Source of the DNA: Camelus ferus
Lineage: Eukaryota
Direction of reading: 5' to 3'
Length of the DNA stretch: 64,000 nt
Assembly (NCBI RefSeq): GCF_009834535.1
Contig: NC_045696.1
Location: 4,528,001 to 4,592,000, forward strand
Shown piece after piece: positions 38,721 to 52,190 of this stretch (positions within the stretch are counted from its first letter, which is position 1; every line of letters starts with the position of its first letter). The translations under genes were made by a program, and so were the position numbers. The notes under the pieces were generated by a model. That model was not told where the DNA came from. It was given only the letters and a program-made list of their open reading frames with translations, and made no database searches.

Positions 38721-40420
38721 AGATCAGCTGGTTGAGGATCCATTGTAGAACACATGTTAAAGGTGTATCAAGTCTTAATCTTAGCAGCCTTAACTCAGGG
38801 AAGAGTACGGGCCAAAGCATATACAGTCCTTAAATGCTGAAGCATAAAATCTTTGTTGATGCAATGGCTCATCTCACATGGTGAATAATTTTTTTTTCCG
38901 ATTTGACTAAGAAGAGGCATGATCTATTTATGAATCTCTGTTTTTGGAACAGTGTGTTGTAAAACAAAATTAATGTGTTAAATTTAGCTGTGATTTAAAT
39001 TGATGTTGCCTGAGTCCCCAGGGGCCAATGAAACTCAAGCAGAGTGGAAAAAAACAGCACTTCTGTTGTTGCCTAATGGTAGAAAAGATTTGAAAATCAA
39101 ACACATCGAGTTAGCCTCACTGTGCAGCAAGGAACAAAACCGAATTAATTATGAATAAGATGAATAAATAATTTAAACATATCACTTATTGCCTCTTTAT
39201 TGCCCAACACTTGAAAAATTATTTCAATTAGAAACTTAAACTCAGTTTGATGGATGACAAAAAGTGTGCAGCCCAAGATAAATGTAAATCCCTTTGTGAT
39301 ATAAAAATTTGATTTTGCAGTATGAGGTCTATTAAAAAGAAATTAATAATCTCCAGAAAAAAGAGGTAGTGCCAAGAAAGGTTGGCCTTTTCCCACAGAA
39401 CATTACTTATTTTAAGAGGAAAAAAAATCAATAAGCTTATTACAGATAATTTTTTTAAGTCAGAGCCACAAAATACTAACCACCAACCTCTCAAACAAAA
39501 AAATACTGATAAACATTTGTTTCTTTGAATTTCATATTAAAATCATAGAGTGAGTGTGCTACTTATATTTCACATGATCTTAATTTTCTTCTATGCCCCC
39601 AAAATAATTCTCTTTTTTGTGCTTGTCGGCCTCCTGAAACACAGTAGGCACTCTCCCCTTTGTTGCTTCTGCAAAGTGAGGGATTTGTCTGGCTGAAGCC
39701 ACGCTGGATCTTATCCAAGACATAGTGTCCTCGAAAGCTGGTTTGAGTGCTGTGCTTTCGTGTCCTGGTGCGGCAAGGCCCTCCCTCTGCCATCCCTGAC
39801 AGAAACAGCTAATGGATGACAACACTGACTTTTGTGGGTTTAGTCTGAACCTCAGAATCCTTCTTATCACAGGACTCCAGGCAATCAGTGCTAGTTGATC
39901 AGAATAGGCATGTGGCATGAAACCTACTTGCCATCTGACTGAGGATCCGAAGAACTGAGAATTTGATAATATCTGTCTTGCATATTAACAATTTGTCTGG
40001 TTTGTTAACTGCATGCAAATATCTGTCACATGATGTTTTAGTTCAGGCTGTAGGAATGAACTGTTTCTGCTCTGATATATAGAAATTAAAGGCCAGAAGT
40101 AAATATTTAAGGAAATTGAGTGACGCACGTATCTTACCTGTTGTACCTACAGATACATCTGTGGGAACTAAATGTAGGCTATCAATCATCTTCCCCTCTG
40201 CCCTCCATCCCCAAACAAACGAATCCTCACCACCCAACAAAAAGCAAACACAAAACAGGTGAACACCAGCTGAGTTCCTGATGCCAGTCCAAGCCCTTTT
40301 CAATTAATTTTGAAAGTTTCCAGAAATCCTGCAACAGAGGTTGAAGACAGATGTGTTTTGTTTGGCCAACAGGGTGTTTATTTCTTTGATTTGCCCATTT
40401 GTGGGTTTCCTCCTCTCCAG

Positions 40421-40861
40421 ATGTCACGGGCTGTTTCCTAGGGTGGCCACAGCAGAGAGCCACAGACCAGGAGCTTAAACCACAGATGTTCATTCTCTCA
40501 CAGTCTGGAGGCTGGAAGTCTGAGATCAAGGTGTTGGCAAGGCTGGTTCCTTCTGAGGCTGTGAAGGGGACCCTGTCCCAGGCTGTCCCTGAGCTTCTGG
40601 TGGTTAGCTGGCAATTTTAGTGACCCTGGGCTTACAGATCTCTGCCTTCATCTTTACATGGCATACTTCCTTTTTGCCTGTTTCCATTTCCAAATGTCCA
40701 CTTTTTATAAGAACACCAATCATATTGGATTAGGGGCCACCCTACTCCATTCTGACCTCATCTTAACTAAATTCTATTTCCAAACAGGGTCACATTCTGA
40801 GGTGCCGAGAGTTAAGACTTCCACATAGGAATTTCAAGGAGACATAATCCAGCCCACAACA
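40421..40861 (-). mobile_element. MLT1C-like MaLR LTR
   Basis: ctctcacagtctggaggctggaagtctgagatcaaggtg...ttggattaggggccaccct...gtcacattctgagg...cagcccacaaca. Confidence 0.9.
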
Positions 40862-42589
40862 CAGGCTCATCTCCGTACCTAACAACCATTAAATAAGAAT
40901 CCTCTATAAATCTAAAGAAAATCAAAAAGGCCTCAAATGGAGTGAGTCCTTATCTTCCCTTTCTGACTTGTGTTCTTGAGGGAGGCGTTGTTTTGTTCCC
41001 TTAGTTGAGCCCTGTGAGGGGTAGAGTGACAGGACAGACCTGGGGAGCACAGTCGAGGGTCAGGTCAATTCATGTCCAGAGAGTGGGGGGACATGCCTGC
41101 AGTTCTGTGCTTCGTGGCCCCGGTGCCCGGGGTTGGGATTAAGACAGTGAAGAGTAGTGCATTTAGTTATAGCTCAGATGATTATGTAGCCTCTTAGGAA
41201 CAGGACAAGAAATCATTTCACTGTGTCCTGACTCTAAGAACAAAAATGACATATTTTGATGTTTCATTATTCTGTTTATTATACAAACAACTCCTGACGC
41301 TGTGACTGCTTAAGAGAGTGTTGTCAGAGTATTGCAGGTTATCTGTTCTCTTCAGTTTATTAGAGCCTCTTGGAAGAGAGATACAAACACAGCCCACCCC
41401 CCATCTGTCTATGTAAAGGCCTTTCCTTCCATCAGGCGGTCACTTCCCCATTGCATGAAGCATAAAGCGTGCATTATGAGCAAACATTAAATACGAATAG
41501 AACACTTTCTACTTGCTGTATGATTCCTATAAATTTTTATAAATTGTTATTTAAGTTATGTTATGTTCTATCCTATCATACCCCAGGCATCTTTAGTGTT
41601 TAATTGCTCCAGAGGCAGCATACTCACATGTGCACATGTATTCAAACACACACACACACGATTATTCTCTCCAAGAGTTAACAAATTCATGTGATTCCAT
41701 ATACCAGGATGATAGGTCTCTGAGCATCAGACAGCCTCAATAGAAACCATTTACACAAACTTACTGCATATAGTATTCTTTAAATTTCAAGCACATAGAA
41801 GGGTGATGAATTCTGAAGTTAATTCTGTTGTAGAGAGCAAATAAGTCATCAGGACCAGTATGGGTTCCATGATGTGTAAGATAAATTGGACTTTAATCAG
41901 GGTCAATGAGGAGATCCACCTTGATAAAAGATAACATTTACATCCTGGGGGAGCTCTTAACTGAAAGATTTGAGGCTCCTTTGAGTTCTGGGTAGTGGCT
42001 TGTGAACCTTTAATATTGGGAAGGAACATGAATTATCCATTCCTGTACCGAGCTCTCAAAGCAAAGTCTCAGCCTTAGTTGGGAAGCTTCGAACAAGACC
42101 TACGTGTGCTCAACTGGCTGAGATGCTCATCAGAGCCACGTAGATAGTGCCTGCTCAGTCAGCTCCCCTCACTGAGGCTGGGAGTGAACATCTGACTTTA
42201 AGAAGTAGAGCAGAAAAATCAGTCTGCTCTTCTGCATCACGTGTGGCATTTTAATTACCTAGGCAGCTTATCAGGACATAATGAAGCAGCTGTTATATCA
42301 TGGAATTTTGCCCCAATTATTGACAAAGCTGCACAGCTGCTTAAATATTGTCATTGTCACAACTAGCATGCTTAGGTTCTAGAGCAGGTGTTAAGCCTGA
42401 ATTTATTGTCCAACTCAGACAACCACCCCATTTCTGTCACTGTTTCTTTGGAGCCAAAGGATTAAGATTTGCGTGATCCTCTAAAGTGTGGTTCATTTTT
42501 ATCTCAGTTGTCTTCTCCAGCAGTCAGTTATCTTTCTTCACCTTCTTGATCACCTCAGTGCTTCTCTGGTTTCACTGTGTCTTTTTAAG

Positions 42590-42631
42590 GTAGCATGAAA
42601 CCAATCTGTTCTACCAATAGCCTTCCAACAG
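42590..42631 (+). other. Candidate 42-nt exon
   Basis: Acceptor ctgtgtctttttaAG| and consensus donor CAG|GTGAGT. Contains agcATG reading MKPICSTNSLPT, a peptide I do not recognise. Confidence 0.25.
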
Positions 42632-43472
42632 GTGAGTGTGTAATATTCTCTAATTACTCCAAAGGACAAGATGAAGCATTTATAGTAAAATAACTTTTCT
42701 CAGGTCCTCAGTAATATCTTAGTACTGTTTCAACTTTCATGAGTACCAACCATGTATGAAACAATGACATTGCAATAAGAATATTTTTCTAATAAAAATT
42801 CTAGACTTTGATTCTGATCACTACGTAGAAAACAATTCTTCTAATGGTTAAATATTAAATGGTTACATTACACCATAAAAAAGTGTAGAAAAGATACATT
42901 GCTAAATTAATCTTTTGATTGATTAGTGCATTCCCTCCTAGTAATCTGGTTTAAATTAAAAGTTGGAGTGTGGCTTTAGATTTAAATCATAGAATCCCTT
43001 CCATATGTTTTTATGGTAAAGGAATTCTGATATTAAAGGAAAATACACATATGATATTCTCTGAGGAGTTACAGATATTGTGTGCCCAAATTGCTCAATT
43101 TAGAGGACCCTAGAGTTTGGAGAAAGTGATTAAAAATAGCTACTGCTAGAAGTTACTTGATGTTACTACCTTTAGGGCAGGGAAGTTGGAGATAAGAACC
43201 AGTGATGCCAACTCAAAATGAACCAGAAAGAATGGATTTATATGGGTCAAGCTTCCATTTTGGCCTGGGATTGTGAAGATACAGTATTTCTTCCCATGAA
43301 GCTATAAAACAAAAGTTCTTTGTGTTATAAATCAAAATTACACTTTAACCCAAAGGGGAACCAAATTTATTTACAAACAAAAAACCAAATTAGACTAAGC
43401 AGGGTCATGTCTCTATTGAATTTTCATAATGTTGTCCTTCTAGATGAAAAAGAAATATGTGCTGTTTAGACA

Positions 43473-44953
43473 TTTTTTATTGTAACATAATCAGTTTATA
43501 ATGTGTCAATTTCTGATGTACAGCATAATGTTTCAGTCATATACACACACATACATATTTTCATATTCTTTTTCATTATAGGTTACTACAAGATACTGAA
43601 TATAGTTCCCTGTGCTATATAGAAGAAACTTGTTTTATCTATTTTATATATAGTAGTTAGTATCTGCAAATCTCGAACTCCCAATTTATCTCTTCTCATC
43701 CCCTTTCTCCCCTGGTAACCATAAGTTTGTTTTCTATGTCTGTGATTCTGTTTCTGATTTGTAAATGAGTTCATTTGTGTCTTTTTTTTAGATTCCATGT
43801 ATGAGTGATATGGTATTTTTCTTTCTCTTTCTGGGTTACTTCACTTAGAACGATAATCTCCAGGTCCATCTGTGTCGCTGCAAATGGCATTATTTTATTT
43901 TTTATGGCAGAGTAGTATTCCATTGTATAAATATACCATAGATTATTTATCCAGTCATCTGTCAATATACATTTAGGTTGTTTCCATATCTTGGCTATTG
44001 TAAATAGTGCTGCTATGAACATTGGGGTACATGTATCTTTTCAAATTAGAGTTCCCTCTGGATATATGCCCAGGAATGGGATTGATGGATCATAAGGTAA
44101 GTCTATTTTTGAGGAATCTCCATACTGTTTTCCATAATGGCTGCACCAAACTACATTCCCACCAACAGTGTGGGAGGGTTCCCTTTTCTCCACACTGTCT
44201 CCAGCATTTATCATTTGTGGACTTTTGAATGATGGGTATTCTGACTGGTGTGAGGTGATACCTCATGTAGTTTTGATTTGCATTTCTCTGATAATTAGTG
44301 ATATTGAACATTTTTTCATGTGCCTATTGGCCATTTATATATCTTCATTGGAGAATTACTTGCTTAACTCTTCTGGCCATTTATATATCTTCATTGGAGA
44401 ATTACTTGCTTAAGTCTTCTGCCCATTTTTGGGTTGAGTTCTTTGGTTTTTGTTATTAAGTTGTATGAGCTGTTTATATATTCTGTAAATTAAGCCCTTG
44501 TCAGTCTCATCATTTGCAAATATTTTCTCCAGTTCTGTAGGTTGTCTTTTTGTTTTGCTTATGGTTTCCTTTGCTGTGCAAAAGCTTATAAGTTTAATTA
44601 GGTCCCATTGGTTTATTTTTGCTTTTATTTCTATTGCCTGGGTAGACTTCCCTAGGAGAACATTGCTAAGATTTGTGTCAGAAAATGTTTTGCCTATGTT
44701 TTCATCTAAGAGGGTTTACAGTGTCTTGTCTTATGTTTGAGTCTTTAAGCCATTTTGAGTTTATTTTTGTGCATAATGTGAGAGAGTGTTCTAACTTCAT
44801 TGATTTACATGCAGCTGTCCAGTTTTTCCAACACCACTTGCTAAAGAGACTGTCTTTACTCCATTGTGTATTTTTGCCTCCTTTGTCAAAGATTAATTGA
44901 CTATAATCTGTGGGTTTATTTCTGGGCTCTCTTTTCTGTTCCACTGATACATG
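43473..44953 (-). mobile_element. 5'-truncated L1 (~1.5 kb; disrupted ORF2 C-terminus and 3'UTR)
   Basis: Minus frames give [49 protein letters not shown] and [18 protein letters not shown]. Probable TSD ttagacattt (43466-43475) / ttaggcattt (44954-44963). Confidence 0.97.
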
Positions 44954-46229
44954 TTAGGCATTTAGTTTTACTCAGAACACAGAGATACAGATTTAGAAAA
45001 AATTAAGATCCACTTGGGTAATAATGTTTTCTTAGTGAATAGCAGGTATTTATTTCAGAACTAAACACATTTAGTTAATTGTGAATATTTAAGGAATTCT
45101 TGGAAGAGAGGTGAGGAAAGTGAAAGGCATTTTTGATTCTGGTGTTAATTTGAGTGTTACACACAGAGATAGTCAGAGTTCTGTAGAGCAAAACAGATCC
45201 TTAACTCTGGGTCAGCTTTGTCAGCCAGCGGAAGGGTCTTCATTCCTGCTTACTTGCCATGTGTCCATTTTTCTGTGTCTTCTTTTCCTACGTCAACTTT
45301 GCTGTTAATGATATTAATGCTGATCTCCTCAGCATAGAATTGCAGGAGGAGTAGAGAAGATGACTAGTGTAGTGTAATTTTCTCCCTGTGTATAATCTAG
45401 GTTTGACCTTGAATTCTGACCCTTCCATTCCCCAGGTCTCTCCATGGATATAATGTTATATAAGAAGATAGTTGAATGGCTTCCATTGTTGAATGTATAG
45501 AGATTTGGGGTTGAGTAGATCATAATTGTAAATGTGAAGAGCCTCAGGCTACATTGAACTGCTTCTCGGCACATTGTAGGAGCTCAATAAATAGGTTCGG
45601 ATGGATGAATAAGACTGAATGCATGTGAATAAACCATGGTTGAATGGATACTAAGATGGACCTCTATTCAATTTTAAACACTATAGGACAACCCAAGCAT
45701 TTTGACATTATAAGGAGCTTGAATCTTTACCTGAGAAATGGTACAGAGTGTAAGTCCCAAGCATGATATGAGCATGTGGGAGATCCATTTGTACTAGCTG
45801 TTGAGCAACAATGGGAGGAGAGTCCTGAAGTCCACTGTGTGTCTGAACTAGACTACATATGATTATTATGCTATATATGACAGTGGCATGTCACTGTAGA
45901 CAAGGATAACTTGAAAGGGTGTAACCAGTGTCCTACGTCTGAAGGAAACCCTTCGATTGTTCTGACCCTGGAACAGCTGGAATGCAAGCCTCTCATTTAA
46001 AATTGACATCACTTTTGATGGTACCCTGACCTCACACCACTGGGGGCTTCTCCTCCTGAACTATGGGTGTGACACACTATGGCAAATTTTATGTTTTTAC
46101 AAAAGACTTCGCCAACCATTTCATAGACTAGTCCTATATGATCTTTACAAAATAGTAAAAAAGCTGTGTCCATGTTGGGGGAAGTTCAGTGATCAAATAT
46201 GTTTAGAAAACTGCTGTAAATTTCCATTG

Positions 46230-46400
46230 GAGCTCTTGATCTTTGGTTTCAGGCAGGGCTGGGTTCTAATCCCAGTTGGTAAATTGTTAGCTGTGTTATC
46301 TTGAGAAAATCACTTAGCTTTTCTGAGCTTCAGATTTCCGATAGGAAAAATGAGAACAACAATACCTAATTTTTAGGTGTGTCTGAGGAGTAAATATGCA
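46230..46400 (+). mobile_element. MIR
   Basis: ctgggttctaatcccag...tagctgtgttatcttgagaaaatcacttagcttttctgagcttcag...aaaatgagaa. Confidence 0.8.
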
Positions 46401-46439
46401 GTGTTCCCTGGAATGCACCTTGAGAAATGCATCTTAGAG

Positions 46440-46605
46440 CAGTACTCCTCAAAAAATTTACTGTGCATACAGATCTCATGGGGCTCTTATTAAAGTGCAA
46501 ATTCTGATTCATTTGGTCCAGGGTAGGCTCAGGACTCTGTTTCTAAGAAGCTCCCATGTGATGCTGATGCTGCCAGCTCATGGACCTCCTAATAGGGAGC
46601 AAGGA
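46440..46605. mobile_element. MER5A
   Basis: cagtactcctcaaa...ttattaaagtgcaaattctgattca...aagctcccatgtgatgctgatgctgc...agcaagg. Confidence 0.85.
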
Positions 46606-46789
46606 CTCAGAGAATGTGAATGTTGTAACTTTACTCGTGAAATTTTTATCTAGGCGGTTTTCTTAGATGAAATAATCCTGTATCAGCAGTAGGAACAGTA
46701 TATCATCTCCTTGATGATAGGAAGACACACAGGAACGTGTGCAGAGGACAGACACCGAGTGCGCTATGTTATGTGAGGTTTTGATGATA

Positions 46790-46950
46790 TGACTATCTCC
46801 ACCCCTCTAGACTATGCTCTCGAGGAGAGAGACATGTTAGCTTTCTCACCGTTGTGTCCCTGAAAACCCAGTGCTTCTCCTGCTGTCACGCAGGCAGATC
46901 AATACATACCTAATGACTGAGTGAGTGAATGAGTGAATGAATGGATGAAA
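46790..46950 (+). mobile_element. L2 3' end
   Basis: ctctagactatgctctc...tgagtgagtgaatgagtgaatgaatggatga tail. Confidence 0.7.
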
Positions 46951-49067
46951 GGACCCCAAGCCTTTTTTTTCCTGGATGTCTCACCAGATGTCACACTCTA
47001 GAGGTTTGGGGAAAACCAGACTATGGTAACCGAAAGACAAGTACAATATTAGGACTTAGGTGACATACAAAAATATTACTTCTACATATCATTTACTGAC
47101 AGTATTTTTATTTTCTGCCAGTTAAGTCTTTACTAATATTCTTCTAATAAGAGTGCTGGCCTGCTGAGGCCATTCCTGCATTTTATTTTATGCAACTTCA
47201 GGAGCACCAAGAACAGGTGGGACAGTGCAGGCAATTTTCTGTGAGTAATTTCATAGGGAGCTCTTGGAAGGGCATGTGGATGGGCCCAGTTACCTCTTCA
47301 CTTATAGCCCCTCCAGATCTCCACATGAGAGCATTTTATTACTGGTATGTTACCACAGCTCCTGGGGCAGTGCAGAGTCAAGTGGGAAGGTCCTCAAGTT
47401 GTGTCCTGCGGGCGACTCCATCAGTGTGGTGTGAGCTCCTGTTTACAGCTTTGAACTTCACCAGAAATAGTTGATGTTTGTGGCTCAAAACAAATTGCTT
47501 TGACCTAAATGTAAGTTTATTTCTACTGTAATTGTCTTGGCCTCTACTTACAAAAAAAATTTAGTGCAGAATCACTCAGTTTGTTTGGACACTATCTTTC
47601 TGTGTATTGAGGCTTTATTAGCTAATGGTGTATGTTTAGTGGGTAACCAAAAGCATCAGATTAATAGAGTATGCCATAATATGGTCTTGCCTAGAATAAA
47701 TGTATTTATGCAAAGGTGATTCTAATAAATGTTGACTTTTTCCCATAAATTAATCTGAAGCATGTTTTTTATATGCTCTAATAAAATAAGGCATATGAGT
47801 TGTTTTAAAAAAAACTTCCTTAAAACAATTTTTTTCCTTAACTCACCAAATACTCCTCCCCGTTAAATTATATACAGATTCAAGTTTTTCTTTCCCAGTA
47901 TTTTAAAAGTGTGTGTGAGAAGAAGGGGAGGCAGTTTCATCAGGTACTTTGGGGGTATGACCTTCAAACAGATGCTTTTGGAAAGCAATAAATTCTTCAA
48001 ATTGGGCATCCTCAAAGCATCACAGCCATTTGCTTTCAAGCATTTAGTGCCAGTGGATGTAAGGAAGGACATTTTTATGCAGATTTATGTGTGCTGAGTT
48101 CAAGATACTATCCATGACTTTCATCATACTGGTTATATCCAGTTTGTTGCTCCAATTTTATGTGCAGTGATTTGAGAGAGTTTTAGCGCTTAATTTTTAT
48201 GTTTCTCATGACTCCAGGAATGTTCTTCCTTTGTCTCCCACTGGAGAATTACTTTTGCACTTAAAATTCTTTCAAAGAATGAGCTTTCAAGGGCAGAACT
48301 GAAGCCTTTCAGTGGTTTGTTACTTGCTCCCCCCCCCCCAGTAGGAAGTTTAAAACTGCATATGCAAAATCCAGTCTCATCCCATCTGTTGCTTTTCAAG
48401 TGCATAGGTGCAGCTTTGTGATGACAAATAGGTACATTGCTGCACATATTACTACAGTTACATGTGCTGCTCCTGGTCAGAACTGGAAAAGCCAGTGACC
48501 ACCAGTCTCTAGTAAATCAACACTAGGCTTTGGGTAGATTGCTTCCCTGGATTGAGAACTGGGACTAGTTAATGTTGCCATGTAACAGCTTCAGCAATTT
48601 CTGACTCCTTCATTAGAATGTTACTATTGATTTGGGCTTTCTCCAAGGATGATTTTCATTCCTTCTCCTCTCTCTTTTCTTACAATAATTTGGTTGTGCT
48701 GTTTATCTGGAGGGCAGAAAACAATCCCAGTAGAACCACCAGCTAGCTACCTGACAGGCTGAGATCATGAGCTCTGTGGTCTGAACTTTTTACATATGTT
48801 TCATGAAGGCAGGTGACTTTATGGCTACAGTAGTCAGGTGCACGGCAGGAACATTGACAGGTGACCCACCTGTATTTCCAACCAGATGTACCATACAAAA
48901 ATACATGGGACGTGCCATTGTTGAGTTATTTTTAAAATACTGGTAATAATTCGAGACATAAGTGTTTAACAACCTATTTTGGTTTTGCAGAATTTAACTA
49001 AATGAATCACCTTAAATGTGGACTCAGAAATATTCCAATATTGAATAGCACCTTTAGTATATATAAA

Positions 49068-49405
49068 TTCTTAAACAACATTAATTTATTTGCTCACAAT
49101 TCTGGAGTCTAGGTGACTGAGATCATGGTATTAGCAGATTTAATTTCTCCTGAGGCCTCTTTCCTTGGCTTGCACATGGCCATCTTCTCCCTGTGCCGTC
49201 ACATGGTCTTCCTTCTGCATGTGCTTGTGCCTTAATCTCTTTTTATAAGGACACGTCAGATTGGATTAGGGCCCAGCCTAGGGACTTCCTCACCTTAAAT
49301 ACCTCTTTAAAGGTCATATCTCCAAATACACTTATATTCTAAGGCAGCGGGGCGTCAGGACTTCAGCATGTACATTTTTGGGAGGACACAAATCACTCTG
49401 TAAGA
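49068..49405 (-). mobile_element. MLT1A/B-like MaLR LTR
   Basis: ttaaacaaca...ctcacaattctggag...ttataaggacac..cagattggattagggccca. Confidence 0.85.
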
Positions 49406-50544
49406 CTCCACATATTTGGCTTTTTAGTAGCTGAAGTGTTAAGACAGGAAAATGAGTTGTTTCTACAAAGAAGCGATGAAATGAATGCACCTTAGACAAT
49501 GTTGCTTTGGCATATCACTGTCAAATTCAGAGCAATCATTTTGGGGAAAAGTCTTCTCTGTGAAAGTCATAGTCTGAATATGGGCATCTGGAACTCCTTT
49601 GTAAGGCAACCCACTTGCTTCTTCTTTGGCATCATGGAAATAATCCCTTTACTTGTTGACTGTTACTTCTTCCTCTGGATGGAACTCTTAAAGGGCCACA
49701 AGGTTCTGGGAACAGGTTATCTGGCTTGCTGTTCCATTCAGAACTCCCAGCCTCTGGTCATCCAAGTCCAAACTGCTTTGGACATAATGTTTGGTAATGA
49801 TTGACTGCTGTCAACTCTCTCCTTGTGGTTACCTCTGGGAAGGTGGTTCCGTATTGAAGAGCTTTTTGTAAATTTACAGGGAAACCAAATTATTATAAAC
49901 TCAAGTCATGTGTTTGAAATTTTCTTCATTCACCTTTTCTTCCCTCCCTCTGCTCTTTAATCTCTCTTCAAAGAGAAAAAGAAATCTACTGTGCTTCTTT
50001 TGTTTCAACCTGTGTTATTAACATTTGAAGATGGAGGCCCGTGTTTCGTTTTTGCAAACCTGAGGAACATTTTCTGAACTGAGTCTTTCTAAGTAAGGGA
50101 AGCTCTCCCTCCAAAAGATTATAAAACAGAATCTTTTGTTCTTTGGTGCTATTTTCTGCCAAGGACCCCACATGGCGGCAGAGGAAAGATACCTAACTTG
50201 CCCATACTCACACAGGCATTTGGTAGCAAATCTGGTAATTTGATCTACTCCCACTTTGTTTCTACAACTCTATTGGGTTAATGTTGGCATTTGGTATAAA
50301 TAGTGCATGATGCAAATTTAAGCTGAGGCCCCTGACTTCTTACATAAGAAATGCAGATGGATGACAGAAGACATTTGGAAGTCTTCCCGGGATGATTCTA
50401 TGGTAAATTAGACAGTATTTCACAAACATCCAATGAATGGCCCAAGTCAGACCTGAGGTAGATGGCAAGTGGCAGCTGTAATCAAAGATACTTAGGTCAT
50501 TTTGTGTTCTAATGTAAGACCATCCAAAATCACTCAGGAGATGT

Positions 50545-50735
50545 CACAACTGTGTGACTTAAACACCAGAGATGTATCATTTCACAGTTGTGGAGGCCAG
50601 AAGTCTGAGATTAAGAGTGTCATCAGGATTGGCTCCTTCTAAGGGTTGTGAGGGAAAGGTCTGTTCCATATGGCTTTCCTGGCTTTTGGTAGCCCCAGAT
50701 GTTCTTTATCTTTTAGTTGCATCACCCCAGTCTTC
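50545..50735 (-). mobile_element. MLT1 fragment
   Basis: cacagttgtggaggccagaagtctgagatt...ggctccttct. Confidence 0.7.
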
Positions 50736-50807
50736 CTTGGCACAGCCTAGAGCAGTGTGCACCCACAGTCGGTACTCAGTAAACATGTGATGAATTAAGT
50801 AGTAAAG

Positions 50808-51960
50808 ATGCAGATCAAAAAGTCATGCTGTGCTCTGGGGAAAATTGATACAAAAATTAAACCCGAGGCATTACAGGAGTGGATTTGCCAAAATTCAAGG
50901 ATTAAGAAGAAATACTTAAATATCTCAGCCAAAGAGCAGCAAGCAAAAATGACCTATCAGGTTGTTCTAAGACATCTCCCACAAACACTTAATGCCAGAA
51001 GACAGTTAAAGCAGTGTTTACAAGTTCTATGGCAAAGAAAATTTAGCTCAAGAATTTTATACCCAGTTCGGTTGTTGCTCCAGTATTTTTAAAAGCAGCA
51101 GACATTTCATTTGTGCAAGAAGTCATAAAAAATAGAACCCTTAGCTATTTGTTGAAGAAACAAAACAAAACAAACAACGAACAGTCTGATGGTGTATCAG
51201 ATTGCTCGGGCTGCCATAGTGAAGTATCACAGGCTGGGAGGGTTTATTTCCTCACAGTTCTGGAGGCTGGATGCCCAAGATCAAGGTGTCAGCATAGTTG
51301 GTTTCTTCTGATTTCTTCTTCTGGTTTCTTCTCCTCTCTCTTTGACTTGTAGATGGCCACCATCTCACCTGTCCTCACGTGGTCACCCCTGCATCAGTGT
51401 CCTAATCTCATCTTCTTATAAGGATACTAGTCATATTAGATTAAGGCCCACCGACATGACCTCATTTTGCCTTAATTACTTCTAAAAGACCTGTCTCAAA
51501 ATATAGTCACATTCTGAGGTCCTGGGATTCAGGAGTTCAACATATGAATTTAAAGGATCACAGTTCAGTCCACAACAGATGGTAAAATCCAGTCAAGTAA
51601 GGTATAATCCAAAATAACTCAGTAATAGAGCAGCAATAGTCATGAGTTTTAATTGCAGAGTTACAGTTATATAATTTAAATGTGATTAAATGTTATTAAA
51701 TATATATTATTTATTTGTGAAATAATTTAATTGAATATAAATATACAGAATAATATATATTAAAATCGGATGAGGAGGAATATGAAATAGCAGACAACTA
51801 AGAACTAAGAGATACTGCTTGAAATCACTAAAGAAAGTAATACATTTTTAATATTAAATACAATTATAATTATAACCACTAGAAGAACTAAAACTAAGTA
51901 TAAAGCTTCAAAATTATTTTTTAAAATGCACACAACAGAGCAACATCAATCCATAGACAG
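50808..51960 (+). mobile_element. Old L1/HAL1 ORF1 relic, interrupted by MLT1A
   Basis: ORF 50808-51092 contains TLNARRQLKQCLQVL..KFSSRILYPVRL, similar to the ORF1p C-terminal motif TLxARRQW..PRILYPAKL. Confidence 0.65.
51193..51577 (-). mobile_element. MLT1A/B solo LTR with perfect 5-bp TSD
   Basis: TG...CA termini; TSD gatgg at 51188-51192 and 51578-51582. Confidence 0.9.
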
Positions 51961-51964
51961 ATGA

Positions 51965-52190
51965 ATAATAATGAATGCAATGGTGGACAATGTTTGAGCG
52001 CTTATTTTACTTGCTGCTTTCTAATTGCTTTAAATCATTTACTCCTCAGAAGTATCTTAGGTAGCGTGTTCAGTTCATATCAGTGTTTTTTACATGAGAA
52101 CACTGAGAAAGAGAGAGGTAAATAACTTAGGCTTAAGTGGAAGATACCCAGGAAATGGAAGTGGTGGGGTTTTAACCAGTCTAGTCCTTT
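51965..52190 (-). mobile_element. MIR
   Basis: tttgagcgcttatt...tcatttactcctca...tttacatgagaacactgag..agagaggtaaataactt. Confidence 0.65.

Noticed and set aside
43586..44944. L1 ORF2 peptides as a functional gene
   Set aside because: 5'-truncated and broken into several frames; the same applies to the L1s at 27, 53-54 and 63 kb.
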